Assembly: GCA_044229845.1 (NCBI GenBank)
Contig: JBGASG010000002.1
Location: 64,001-128,000 of the forward strand
Length of the DNA: 64,000 nucleotides
Source of the DNA: Candidatus Obscuribacteraceae bacterium
Lineage (GTDB): Bacteria; Cyanobacteriota; Vampirovibrionia; Obscuribacterales; Obscuribacteraceae
Direction of reading: 5' to 3'
Below, piece by piece: positions 1 to 9,653 of the stretch (position 1 is its first letter; each line of letters starts with the position of its first letter). Under the pieces are notes generated by a model. That model was given only the letters and a program-made list of their open reading frames with translations. It did no database searches and was not told where the DNA came from. The translations under genes were made by a program, and so were the position numbers.

Positions 1-136
1 GATGAGTTCGCCCTCTCGACTCGATGAGAATGCCTTAATCATCAAGAATCATCTGGTGGGGAGCCCGGATTGCTCCTTTGTGCAAATCAACAGTTTTGTT
101 GATCTCAAGAGAAACAGAGTACGAGGAGAGGTTCCC

Positions 137-829
137 TTAGTAATTCTGTCCGCTCGGCGGTTGCAGCCTCTGCGGCTGAGCACGAAGCTGAGCGACCAGC
201 TGCGAAATCTGCGGGTCATACTTGATGTGGAGCGCCGCCTGAAACTCGCGTATCGCCGTTTCCTGGTCGCCTTCCGCGAGAAGTTGACGGGCGTAGGCTA
301 CACGGTGGTCGAACGAACCGATGTCGATGCCTTTGTTGCGCAGGCGCACCGTCAGCACTTTGGTGGCGAGCTCGTTTTTCGGGTCCCATTCGAGAACGCC
401 GTCGAGAATTTTGATCGCCGCGTCGTCTGAGATCTCGCGATTGGCCAGCTCAATCGAATAGTTGTCCTCGGCTTTGTGCAGGTCGGCGTCGTAGCCGAAT
501 TTGATAATTGCCGATCGAATGATGCTCAGCGCGTCGGAATAATTCTTCTTCTCCGCCAGTTTTTTCGCGCGGTCGAGGTACATGTCTTCGAGCTTCTTCT
601 GCGAACGCCAGTAGCCCTTGTCGCCGGGCGAAGGCCCCGCGCCGGGCTCGTTCGTCGGGCGTCCCATCAATGAAGCCGCCGCTGCGTCAATTTCGCTGAA
701 GCCGGCGTTGTATTGCCGGTCCTTCTTTTTCGCCGATGCGTCCCCGCCGGCACTCAACGCGGAGATGGACACCGCAAGCAATGCGACCAGCAATTTAGTT
801 CGTCGGATCAGCTTAGTTCGTCGCATCAT
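137..829 (-). CDS. Secreted TPR-like hypothetical protein
   Basis: ORF 137..883; likely start at ATG 829 (GGAG upstream) giving a signal peptide (MMRRTKL...LLVALLAVSISALSA); helical TPR-like repeats (AIREFQAALHIKYDP). Confidence 0.7.
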   Translation of the reverse strand: MMRRTKLIRRTKLLVALLAVSISALSAGGDASAKKKDRQYNAGFSEIDAAAASLMGRPTNEPGAGPSPGDKGYWRSQKKLEDMYLDRAKKLAEKKNYSDALSIIRSAIIKFGYDADLHKAEDNYSIELANREISDDAAIKILDGVLEWDPKNELATKVLTVRLRNKGIDIGSFDHRVAYARQLLAEGDQETAIREFQAALHIKYDPQISQLVAQLRAQPQRLQPPSGQNY

Positions 830-963
830 ATCGGCTCCGAAATATTCGCCCAGGCAGCTGATTGCGCAGCCATCGACGCGCACAGATAGGAGGCGACAAC
901 CGATGTCAAAATTCGAACCAATCTCACGACGCGGATAAAACCGATTTGAATACGCTATTAGAA

Positions 964-1755
964 CTAGGTGTAGAGCCCACCGCTGACTTCAATTACTTGA
1001 CCGCTGATGTAGGAGCCTGCGCCGGCAAGAAACACAACAGCGGCGGCGATGTCTTCAGGAGTTCCCATGCGACCCAGCGGAACACGCGATAAGATTGCGT
1101 TAATCACATCTTCGCTGAGCGCGCGCGTCATATCGGTGTCAATGAATCCGGGAGCGACTGCATTGCAAGTGATGCCGCGCTTTGCGTATTCGATGGCGAC
1201 CGTTTTGGTGAATCCGATCAATCCGGATTTGGCGGCGGCGTAGTTGGCTTGACCGGCGTTTCCGTGAACGCCCGACGTCGAACTTATATTGATAATTCTG
1301 CCGTGGCGATTTTTTGCCATTACCTTGACAACGGGCTGCGTGACTTTGAATGCGGAGGTCAGGTTGGTGTCGATGACGGCCTGCCATTTGTCTTCGGTCA
1401 TACGCATCAATAGATCGTCGCGGGTGATACCAGCATTGTTGACCAGGATGTCAATGCGTCCAAACTTCTCGACGACCGCAGCCACCATCTTGTCGATGCT
1501 CTCGGCCTGGGTGACGTTGCACGGAACGCCGATTACCTGCCCACCCTCGGCGGCCAGTTCTTTGGCGGTGTTGGCGGTGGTTTCTTCGTTGATGTCGGAG
1601 ATGACAATCTTGGCGCCTTCCTTCAAAAGCGCGTGCGCGATTGCTCTGCCGATGCCGCGTCCGGAGCCGGTAACAATCGCTACCTGGTCTTTCAGCGACT
1701 TGCGGATTTCATGTTGGTCTTTGGCTTCCGCGCGTGTTGCTTGTTCTGTCGTCAT
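964..1755 (-). CDS. fabG: 3-oxoacyl-ACP reductase (SDR family)
   Basis: TGSGRGIG Rossmann motif, LVNNAGITRD, NYAAAK catalytic YxxxK, VAPGFIDTDMT. Confidence 0.93.
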   Translation of the reverse strand: MTTEQATRAEAKDQHEIRKSLKDQVAIVTGSGRGIGRAIAHALLKEGAKIVISDINEETTANTAKELAAEGGQVIGVPCNVTQAESIDKMVAAVVEKFGRIDILVNNAGITRDDLLMRMTEDKWQAVIDTNLTSAFKVTQPVVKVMAKNRHGRIINISSTSGVHGNAGQANYAAAKSGLIGFTKTVAIEYAKRGITCNAVAPGFIDTDMTRALSEDVINAILSRVPLGRMGTPEDIAAAVVFLAGAGSYISGQVIEVSGGLYT

Positions 1756-2498
1756 CGCTTTTCCCTACATCTGATGAATGGAACGGTGGGCGGCAAGTAT
1801 AGCAATCGCGGCGCCCTCAAAGCCGCTTGCGCAGCCAATTGTACGCAGGGTTTTACACGCCAACGCCGCGCCGCACTCTATTTCGCATCGTCCACGCAGT
1901 TCGCTTGAGAACCAACACGCGAAAAACGTTGGTTTATCGCTGCGCGTGCTTTGAGGTTTCTCGCCTCGCGGGTTGTCATGAGGCTCGACGGCGAATGCGC
2001 GAAAAACGCATTTTCTTCGCGCGATGATTTGAATTGCAAGCAACAGGTGGTGCACCGCGCAGGCACCAGTCTGCAACTACCGGCAGATCGCTGCGCGCGC
2101 ACCATCGAAGACCCGCATTGCAAGCCTGAGTTCGCAAGTCGATCACAGAGCGCGCACATTGCACTGCAAGAAACCACACAGAAATGATCGCGTTGAAGAA
2201 ACAGAAAAAGACGCCGCAAAGCTGCAAAAAATGCGTTGCAACACAAAAACTGTTTTTGGGTGATACCAAATCCGGTGAAACGCGCATATGAAGCCATTTA
2301 TGCGATGCGTCTCATAACCACTTTGTATCGAAAAGTGTCGACTTATACCATAACCTGAGATACACTTAACAGCTTTTAGCCGCCTTCAGTGGGGTAATTA
2401 CGTATCCAAATCTCATATTTCTTATCGACACTTCACCGTTTCTAAATTATGTTCTTGTCATTGGTAGAGGGTACGAGCATGCAACCGATAAGCGGATT

Positions 2499-3005
2499 CC
2501 GAGTACAACTCGGCTGACTTATCGTGGGACAGTTCACATCTACAAGCAAGCCGTTCGCCACGTAGCAGGAGGTAGCGAGCGGAGATCTTAACGCAAGCCT
2601 CAGGAGGGCGCTGCGATAAGACTTGCTGACCAGGAACAGGAAGGCACACGTTCGAGCGCATAAACAGAGCAACAGACTATGGCGGTCTGTTCCTCTAACA
2701 CGGGTTGAAGTACATCGAGCAGTTGGCGCTCGTAACTTCACCGATTCGGTTCATGCCGGCACCGCCGGCAGTGCGACTGCATCGGGGTGCATCCGCACAC
2801 CCATCGTTCAAAACGAGTAAACAGGTCAGCTCGGATCACAATCACGTCCAATAAACGAATCAGAGAACCGATTGGCGTCGGTTCCTGTTCGTCCCTGGCG
2901 TGAAAAACATAAAACAACGGATCGGCAGTTCAGCACCGGTCGGTTATGTCCGCATGGAAACAATTTATCTCGATCGTTCGCGACGTAGCAGGAGGTAGCG
3001 AACGG
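2499..3005 (+). ncRNA. Putative long structured RNA or 5' leader (family unknown)
   Basis: No convincing ORF; nested helices (2518-2527/2611-2620; 2625-2631/2824-2830), three hairpins with UGGCG-containing loops, and a duplicated 32-nt hairpin at 2551-2582 and 2974-3005. Strand inferred from G-U pairs. Confidence 0.5.
2551..3005 (+). repeat. Two copies of a 32-nt hairpin repeat (2551-2582, 2974-3005)
   Basis: ccgttcgccacgtagcaggaggtagcgagcgg vs tcgttcgcgacgtagcaggaggtagcgaacgg; 29/32 identical. Confidence 0.9.
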
Positions 3006-3064
3006 GTTCTGCCGCGCGCTTGTCGAAGCGCACCGCACGCAACATCATCGGGAGTGGAATCACT

Positions 3065-6000
3065 ATGGGCGATCGTGGATTTGAAGGCGTAGTCAGTAAT
3101 ATTGTTCAACAACAGCAAGCTGCTGTATTCGATGTTCCGACACTGTTCGGCAATGGACCGAAAAACATTCCACAAATCGACGCACAAGTGCTCGAGAATG
3201 TAGGTCACGATTCTGTTCTTCAAAGTATGGCCAATTATCGCGTGGCGAGATTGGCGATGGTAACTGCGGATGGCGTCCGCTACTTACCTCAAGGTTTTGC
3301 AAATGCAGTTGAATATAACTTAGACCATCCCGGTGAAATGGCTCTCAAGGTTGGCGTAGCCGCGGGACTGGGACTGGCTATGCGCGCCATCCTGCCGAAG
3401 GCAGGTGCCGCTAAGGCGTTGGCGGGGACAATTATGGGCGCGTTCTTTATAAAAGATGCTGCCAAGCCGATCGTTCAAGGTTGGGCTGATGTGTGGGACA
3501 ACAAGTCGCTCGCCAATCTCGATCGCGCCGGACAGCGCATGGGTGATGGACTCGGCATGTTCGCGTTCGACAGCGCGCTGACCTTACCGGTCGGCATGCT
3601 GGCCGACAAAGCCGCCGGCATGACGCTCACCAAGACGAGCTGGGGCCGCTCGTTCGAACTGGGCAAAGAAAACTTCTACAACTCCGACGCCAGTGCGGTC
3701 GGTCGCTTCTTCAACTGGAGCACCCGCACCGCCGACAACACCAGCACTTATCTCTCGCAGCGCTTGCTGGGCAATGCGCCGCACGAAACACTGACAATAG
3801 ATCAGAAACTGGCGCTGATCGCCGATGCACAGCGCTCACATCTCACCGATGCGCAAGCCGCTCGCGCCGGCACTATAGATGATGCGTTCAAAGCGCAACT
3901 GGAAACACAGCGCCGCTACCGCATGGACATGCCCGATACCATCGAAGGATTGATGGCGGATGTTCCGGTCGGCGAACAAGCAAAGTTTGGTCTGACAAAC
4001 AAGGGGTTGGAAACACGCACCGCAACGACAGCAACTCAACTGGCCGCTGCGGAACTGGAAGCTGGTCTGGTTGCAAAACCGGGGCAGATGGGGCAAGGGC
4101 AAGGATTGTCTCCGGCGCGCTTTGTTGATGAAGGCGCAGGAACCGGTGGTGCAGGCAGGGGCACCGAGACTACTGGGGGCGATGCTCCTGGCACCGGAAC
4201 TGGCGGCAAAGGCACGCCGGTAGACAAACCGCCCGTAGTGGCAGAGCCGCAAGCTCCGCCGCTGCCGACCGGACCGAAGGTGCCGCTGGATGTGCGCGAC
4301 GTCGGCAACATGGCATCAGCCGTACGCGAACGCGCCGGTCAAGTCACCGAATCCGACATGGCAATCGCCGATCTGCGTGAGGGCTGGCAGTCGTCGATGC
4401 GCGCCACCACCCTGGAACCACCAGGACCACCGAAGCTGCCGCTGCTCGATCGCGGTCACTTCGAAAACAACAAAAATCTCATCGAGTTGGCGGATCAAAT
4501 TCGCACTCCGGAGCAGGTTAAGGAAGCCGGTTTCCTCATGGAACACTTCCGCGTCGCCAACCAGCAACTCGTCTTGAACGAGAAGTTGCCTGAGATCGTC
4601 GATCTGAACAACTACTCGCGTTCAGTCCACAACAAATTGATGGAGCTGTTGGTCAAAAATGGCGTCAAGCCGGAAGAAGTTCTGCGCGGCACCAACTCTC
4701 CGATGTTCCTGATCTTCGATTCACGCGCCGCGGGTCCCTACACCATTCCGGCGATCAAAGGCGTCACCGACACACCGGTGGTGGTGCTCCCGCGCGAATA
4801 CCAGAACATGCTGGGCGTGCACGTGGCAGGCGTCTACCCGCACGAACTGGGACACGATCTTATATATGGCGACTTGCTGCGTTTTCCAGAAACCCTGCGC
4901 AATAAAGTGCTCACCGAAGACGTTGTCTCGGCCGGCATGAAACAAGCAGGCATCCCCGACGTTCCGGTGAACGTCCCCGGTCACGGACTGATGCAAAAGA
5001 GCGAACTCTTCGTGCGCTTGCTGCAAGCTCAAGCCAATGAAAACACAGCAGATTGGTTTGGCACGGCAATCGATCCGAATACTGGTTTGTCGCTGGCGGT
5101 GCTCCTCGGCTCTCTCCGCAAACCTCTACCCGGTGCGCCGGCGGGAGCCGCGGGAGCTTTAGAAACCCGCAGCATGTACGGCAGCGAGTTTGCCGATCCG
5201 ACCAATCCGCTCGGCATCGAGCCGCACGGAATCGACAGATGGCGTCTGAAATCGACGGCACAAGTGCTGCGCGAAATGAGCGGCGGCGACAAAGCGATTC
5301 TCGAGCGCGCCACCAACATGGATCGCCTCGCAGAACAGATGGCACGCCCTGGCGAAACATACGCCTGGGCTAACATGGACAAGCCGGGTGAATACTTCGC
5401 AATTCCTCAAAAAGAGTGGGACGCGATTATTCCGGCGATTGTCAAAGCGCAACTCGATACGCCGCTTGACGCACTGAACGGACGCACGCTGCGTCAGGTA
5501 TTCCCTGACATGCGGCAGACCTTCCCGCGCGTCGATGCGCTCGCGGATCAGATGGCGGCTGCGGCTCTGGAAGGACGTCCCACTGTGATGGGCACATTCG
5601 ACAAGTCGGCGCACCGCATCGAAGATGTGTTCTCGGCTGGTCTCTCTGCCTGGGCGAAAGCCATGGAGAAAAATCCGGCGGCCGGTGAAAAAGGACACAT
5701 TGCACCCGACCAACTGATTTCGAATATCAACGCGATTTCGGAAAGTCTGCGCGCCCAATATCGCGGCGACGCGCCAATGCCGATTCCCGGCTTGACCACT
5801 CCCGGCAAGGTGGACTTCGCGACTGCATTCAAGAGACCGTCGTACTTCGTTCAGCAATATCTCGGCAAGGCAGTGGAAGCGCAGCCGCAGATTCGCGAAA
5901 CGGTCGGAAACTGGGAACCCTTCTTCACTCGCTACGTGGGCACGCAACTGGGACTGGCATTCTCAGGTGAAGATCTGCGCCGGCAGCGGGCAGCTAAATT

Positions 6001-6082
6001 CGGGTTCACGATCGACGATCACAGTGCCACCATTACGCCGCCTCCGGGCAGCGAGACGCAACCAAAGCAACGCGGTAATTGA
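3065..6082 (+). CDS. Large protein: hydrophobic N-terminal helices, Gly/Pro linker, C-terminal zinc metallopeptidase-like domain
   Basis: ORF 3020..6082; ATG 3065 has GGAG upstream; HELGH (HExxH) followed by NENTADWFG (ExxAD) and EPHGIDRWR, a gluzincin/M48-like motif order. Confidence 0.7.
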   Translation: MGDRGFEGVVSNIVQQQQAAVFDVPTLFGNGPKNIPQIDAQVLENVGHDSVLQSMANYRVARLAMVTADGVRYLPQGFANAVEYNLDHPGEMALKVGVAAGLGLAMRAILPKAGAAKALAGTIMGAFFIKDAAKPIVQGWADVWDNKSLANLDRAGQRMGDGLGMFAFDSALTLPVGMLADKAAGMTLTKTSWGRSFELGKENFYNSDASAVGRFFNWSTRTADNTSTYLSQRLLGNAPHETLTIDQKLALIADAQRSHLTDAQAARAGTIDDAFKAQLETQRRYRMDMPDTIEGLMADVPVGEQAKFGLTNKGLETRTATTATQLAAAELEAGLVAKPGQMGQGQGLSPARFVDEGAGTGGAGRGTETTGGDAPGTGTGGKGTPVDKPPVVAEPQAPPLPTGPKVPLDVRDVGNMASAVRERAGQVTESDMAIADLREGWQSSMRATTLEPPGPPKLPLLDRGHFENNKNLIELADQIRTPEQVKEAGFLMEHFRVANQQLVLNEKLPEIVDLNNYSRSVHNKLMELLVKNGVKPEEVLRGTNSPMFLIFDSRAAGPYTIPAIKGVTDTPVVVLPREYQNMLGVHVAGVYPHELGHDLIYGDLLRFPETLRNKVLTEDVVSAGMKQAGIPDVPVNVPGHGLMQKSELFVRLLQAQANENTADWFGTAIDPNTGLSLAVLLGSLRKPLPGAPAGAAGALETRSMYGSEFADPTNPLGIEPHGIDRWRLKSTAQVLREMSGGDKAILERATNMDRLAEQMARPGETYAWANMDKPGEYFAIPQKEWDAIIPAIVKAQLDTPLDALNGRTLRQVFPDMRQTFPRVDALADQMAAAALEGRPTVMGTFDKSAHRIEDVFSAGLSAWAKAMEKNPAAGEKGHIAPDQLISNINAISESLRAQYRGDAPMPIPGLTTPGKVDFATAFKRPSYFVQQYLGKAVEAQPQIRETVGNWEPFFTRYVGTQLGLAFSGEDLRRQRAAKFGFTIDDHSATITPPPGSETQPKQRGN

Positions 6083-6663
6083 TCTGATCGAATGATTGGA
6101 TCCGCGAAATCAGTCAAAAAAGGAGGTGAGAATTTAGGAGACCCGTTCCAAGCGACGATGCAACTGCGCAATTCGAGCAGTTACAGCGATCAAAAAACCG
6201 TGCACCGCGCGAAACCGCACAGCACGTAGGACAGCCCAATTAACCCTGAAAGTCCGCGGGCTACGATTAATCGAATCAATTGATTCGCAAGGGGACAAAA
6301 AAGAGCGACACATCAAGTTGAGGGAGGTGGTGACTTAACGAATCAGGACTATGTATGACCGAGTTAAACCTTCAAATGTCCATGTACGAAACAGCTTAAA
6401 TTGCGAAATGCCTCCCCGGCAAAGTAGCACGACGACAACAAACCCAAGACAATTTGTTATCCACATATAGGTTGACAGTGCGCATCGCACACTCCATGTG
6501 AGAAACAAAATTTCAGCGGGGCCACTTGCGAAAAGGAAGGGCAGAGGAAAGACAAAGTGTTCTGCGGACTAGAGCGTTACAACTAATTTTCACGCTTCCT
6601 AGCATGCATGTGCACTTTGAAAAATAGCAAAGGAAGGCCCCGCAAACTTTTAGGCGGATGGGC

Positions 6664-6701
6664 AAGCACCGGGAGATCCCCCCGGTGCTTTCCTGCTTTT
6701 T
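6664..6701 (+). terminator. Putative intrinsic terminator hairpin
   Basis: 10-bp stem aagcaccggg/cccggtgctt followed by a T-rich tract (tcctgcttttt). Confidence 0.45.
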
Positions 6702-6833
6702 GCGTTTCTTCCCGCGGCGCTTTGCGTTTCTTCCCGCATGCCAACAGGTTCTGCATGCGCGACTGCTACAATCTAAGGAATGGATTGGTCGCTTGGCAAT
6801 CCAAATTTTTCAGCTCCGTCAACAGGTGGACAC

Positions 6834-7643
6834 ATGATCGGTCGCACAAAGATGCAGACGATGCGGGCACTGCTTGCAGCCTCTATGATTGCGGTTTGTC
6901 TGATTGCGGGCACGCAGCAAAATTGCGCCGCCGGTGACACGACCGGGGGCGGGGGCGGCGGTGGTGGCACGGCCGGTGGCGGAAAAATCTGGGGATCCTT
7001 TGGCGCGTTGTCGGGCAAATCTTCGCCGATCGCGCCGCCGAACGCGTCAGGCGGTCCCGGAAAAATCGTCACGAGCAGAGGGCAAAAATTCCAAATCTAC
7101 AATTTCGGGCGCTTCACGTCTATCGTTACCGCCATGACGTCAAACCCCAAGTTCGCTCAGAAAGACGCAGACCAAATGTATGGTTGGGCTGCGGACATAG
7201 CAAAACAGTTTCAACTGCCACTGGTACCACAGCCGAAGCGCGGTGGTCCGCAAGGAGATTCAAAGGCAGCCAAAGATTACTGGATGAAACAGCTGCAGGA
7301 GGCGGACCCGGTCCTGGAAGCTCGCTACGGTGCAACGGAGCGCTATATCTTCGATTTGAGCATGCACGCGCATTTGCTGCAGGTCATCTACGACCCCAAA
7401 GCTCCGAAGATTCCTTTGAATGAAGCACTCAACAATCCCAAGGCTAAGTTGTCGATGACGGAATCGCTGACGCTGGTGTTCAAAGTTCACGGCGCCGAGG
7501 CGATGCCCGAGCGCATCTGGAAGCCATTCATCGACGCGGTGGATCGGCGCGCTCCGTTCTCAGAAGTAAATAAGCGACTCCAGGAAATGGATGACCAGGT
7601 TGAGGCGTGGTTTCTGCCCAAAGGTCCGGCGCCACACAATTGA
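6834..7643 (+). CDS. Secreted hypothetical protein
   Basis: ORF 6780..7643; signal-peptide-like MRALLAASMIAVCLIAG, poly-Gly linker, helical C-terminal domain; start uncertain. Confidence 0.65.
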   Translation: MIGRTKMQTMRALLAASMIAVCLIAGTQQNCAAGDTTGGGGGGGGTAGGGKIWGSFGALSGKSSPIAPPNASGGPGKIVTSRGQKFQIYNFGRFTSIVTAMTSNPKFAQKDADQMYGWAADIAKQFQLPLVPQPKRGGPQGDSKAAKDYWMKQLQEADPVLEARYGATERYIFDLSMHAHLLQVIYDPKAPKIPLNEALNNPKAKLSMTESLTLVFKVHGAEAMPERIWKPFIDAVDRRAPFSEVNKRLQEMDDQVEAWFLPKGPAPHN

Positions 7644-8473
7644 ACGACGCGCGAGATGACGAATGCAATGAGCAGCTCGCCATCGCCATCGGAGCTGCGA
7701 CTTTGAACGTGCGGCGCATCCCGGCTGGGGGCGCCGGCGCGCCAGCAACGATTGTGTTTTTGCATGACTCGCTGGGATGCATCAAGTTGTGGCGCGACTT
7801 CCCTGATCGATTGTGCGCGGTCACCGGATGCAGCGGGTTGATTTACGACCGCCAGGGTTACGGCGAGTCGAGCCCGTTCACCGAAGCACGCGGATTGGAT
7901 TATCTCGAGCGGGAGGGCGATGCCCTCGTCGAGTTGTTGCGCCGCGAGGGCGAGCAGCGCAAAATCATCTTGTTTGGACATAGCGATGGCGGATCGATCG
8001 CGTTGATTGCCGCGGCTAAGTTGGGAGCAAGCACTGCGCCCGCAGTCGTTGGCGTGATTACGGAAGGGGCACATGTGTTCGTCGAGGATATCACCCTCGA
8101 CGGCATCAGGGCGGCGGTCGCGGAAAAGGCGCAGCTGGTGCCGCGGATCCACAAATACCATGGCGAGAAGTCCGAAGCCGTTTTCGATGCTTGGGCCGGC
8201 ACGTGGTTGAAGCCGGAATTTCGCGATTTCAATATGGAACATTTCCTGCCTGCCATTTCGTGCGACGTATTGGTGATTCAAGGTGAAGTGGACGAGTATG
8301 GCACCGAAGCGCAAGTCGACGCAATCATTGCCGGCGTGAGCGGAGCCCGCAAACATAAGTTGATGGTGCCCGGCGTAGGGCACACACCCCACCGCGACGC
8401 AGCCGATTTTGTGCTGGAAGCGTGCACCGACTTCATCGCTTCCGCGTCCGCTCACGCGCCCTCCAATACATAG
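7640..8473 (+). CDS. Alpha/beta hydrolase
   Basis: VFLHDSLG, YDRQGYGES, GHSDGG nucleophile elbow, IQGEVDEYG, GHTPH; TTG start overlaps the upstream TGA. Confidence 0.88.
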   Translation: MNDARDDECNEQLAIAIGAATLNVRRIPAGGAGAPATIVFLHDSLGCIKLWRDFPDRLCAVTGCSGLIYDRQGYGESSPFTEARGLDYLEREGDALVELLRREGEQRKIILFGHSDGGSIALIAAAKLGASTAPAVVGVITEGAHVFVEDITLDGIRAAVAEKAQLVPRIHKYHGEKSEAVFDAWAGTWLKPEFRDFNMEHFLPAISCDVLVIQGEVDEYGTEAQVDAIIAGVSGARKHKLMVPGVGHTPHRDAADFVLEACTDFIASASAHAPSNT

Positions 8474-8495
8474 GTAGAAAAGCCTCTGCAGCGCC

Positions 8496-8579
8496 GAATT
8501 TCGGTTTACCGGAAATTTGAGCTTCAGAATTCCGGCATACCGGAAATTTCGCTGTCTGAAAATCCGGTTTACCGCAGCG
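8496..8579. promoter_or_regulatory. Three phased palindromic operator-like sites (YCGG-N4-CCG)
   Basis: gaatttcggtttaccggaaatt (8496), gaattccggcataccggaaatt (8527), aaaatccggtttaccgcag (8559); 31-32 bp period; upstream of an XRE gene. Confidence 0.65.
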
Positions 8580-8689
8580 CCAAGCCAATAAAAGCACTGC
8601 TTGCCGTTAGGCGTTTCAAACTCGACCGGTGCAAAATTTGCCCGCAGCTTCGAGAGGACTCAGCAGCGGCGAAATCTGCAGGTTTCATC

Positions 8690-8955
8690 ATGAAATCAGA
8701 CAACATCGCTACGATGATGAAAGAACTCCGCGAGGCTGCCGATCTAACTTTGTCCGAGCTCGCCGTAAGCACCGGACTCTCAACCAGCACCATCCACGAT
8801 ATCGAGCGCGGAAAGCACATTCCCCAGTTCGACTGGTAATAATCTGGAATGCCCTTAACTATGAATTGGTCTCCTTTCCCAGCGACGCCACTCGCTTGCT
8901 CGAACAGATCGCACGCCTTTCTCCGATTACCGAGCCGCTACGGCGCAGCCCATGA
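8690..8955 (+). pseudogene. Frameshifted XRE/Cro-family HTH regulator
   Basis: 8690..8839 reads MKSDNIATMMKELREAADLTLSELAVSTGLSTSTIHDIERGKHIPQFDW*; the expected last helix (LVIIWNALNYEL...) continues in another frame to 8955. Confidence 0.75.
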
Positions 8956-9052
8956 CGCAGATCGAGCCAATGCTGAGCTTGGCGACGGACGCCGGAAGGG
9001 AACAAATGCGCCGCCCCATCAATCTCATCACTTGAGTAGTAGGAGTAGTCTT

Positions 9053-9604
9053 ATGACTGAGCGCAGCGCAGCCGGCAAGAAACAAAAACCTGCGGCCGAA
9101 GGCACCAGCAAAAAACCGAGCCCGCAACATTTCTCTAGTTGCGGTGATTGCCGGGCACACCACGCAGAACATCACACAGGACTGTTTGCTGATCTGGCAA
9201 GAAACGTCTCGTGCGCCGCCGGCAAGCCCAAGACTTTTCTGCTCGCCCTCTCGATCATAGTGGTGTGGGCTGTGACCGGCCCGCTGTTTCATTTCAATGA
9301 CACCTGGCAGCTGGTGATCAACACAGGCACCACTATTATCACGTTCTTGATGGTGTTCTTGATTCAGAACACGCAAAACCGCGAGAGCATCGCCGTGCAA
9401 TTGAAGCTGGACGAAATTATTAGATCGCTCCACGGTGCAAAAAATCAGGCAATCGCACTCGAAGAGCTATCCGAAGACGAACTCGAAGAAATCAAACGAG
9501 ACTACCTGAATGTCGCAGAGAGCGCTGACGAGACAGTCGAAGACGTCGAAGAAGTGGAAAAACGTCGCAGCACTTCCGCCAGGCGCAAGCGAAAGGCTTC
9601 GTAA
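9053..9604 (+). CDS. Low-affinity iron permease (Fet4-like) family membrane protein
   Basis: WAVTGPLFHFNDTWQLVINTGTTIITFLMVFLIQNTQNR..A.QLKLDE signature; AGGAG upstream of ATG 9053. Confidence 0.88.
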   Translation: MTERSAAGKKQKPAAEGTSKKPSPQHFSSCGDCRAHHAEHHTGLFADLARNVSCAAGKPKTFLLALSIIVVWAVTGPLFHFNDTWQLVINTGTTIITFLMVFLIQNTQNRESIAVQLKLDEIIRSLHGAKNQAIALEELSEDELEEIKRDYLNVAESADETVEDVEEVEKRRSTSARRKRKAS

Positions 9605-9653
9605 AGTAGCCGCTCCAACGCCATTCGGAGTCAGGATGCCATGCCACCTGAGG

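Noticed and set aside
2..430. 142-aa plus-strand ORF at the window start
   Set aside because: Mostly antisense to the 137..829 gene; no recognisable features.
1765..2340. Short overlapping ORFs and the repeated cgcgaaaaacg (1918, 1998)
   Set aside because: Cys/Arg-rich translations without RBS or motifs; the repeat is too short to interpret.
2551..3005. 32-nt palindromic repeat pair as a mini-CRISPR or mobile-element ends
   Set aside because: Only two direct copies separated by 391 nt; no cas, transposase or target-site duplication.
6457..6465. Replication origin
   Set aside because: A single DnaA box with no dense box cluster, clear unwinding element or dnaA/dnaN nearby.
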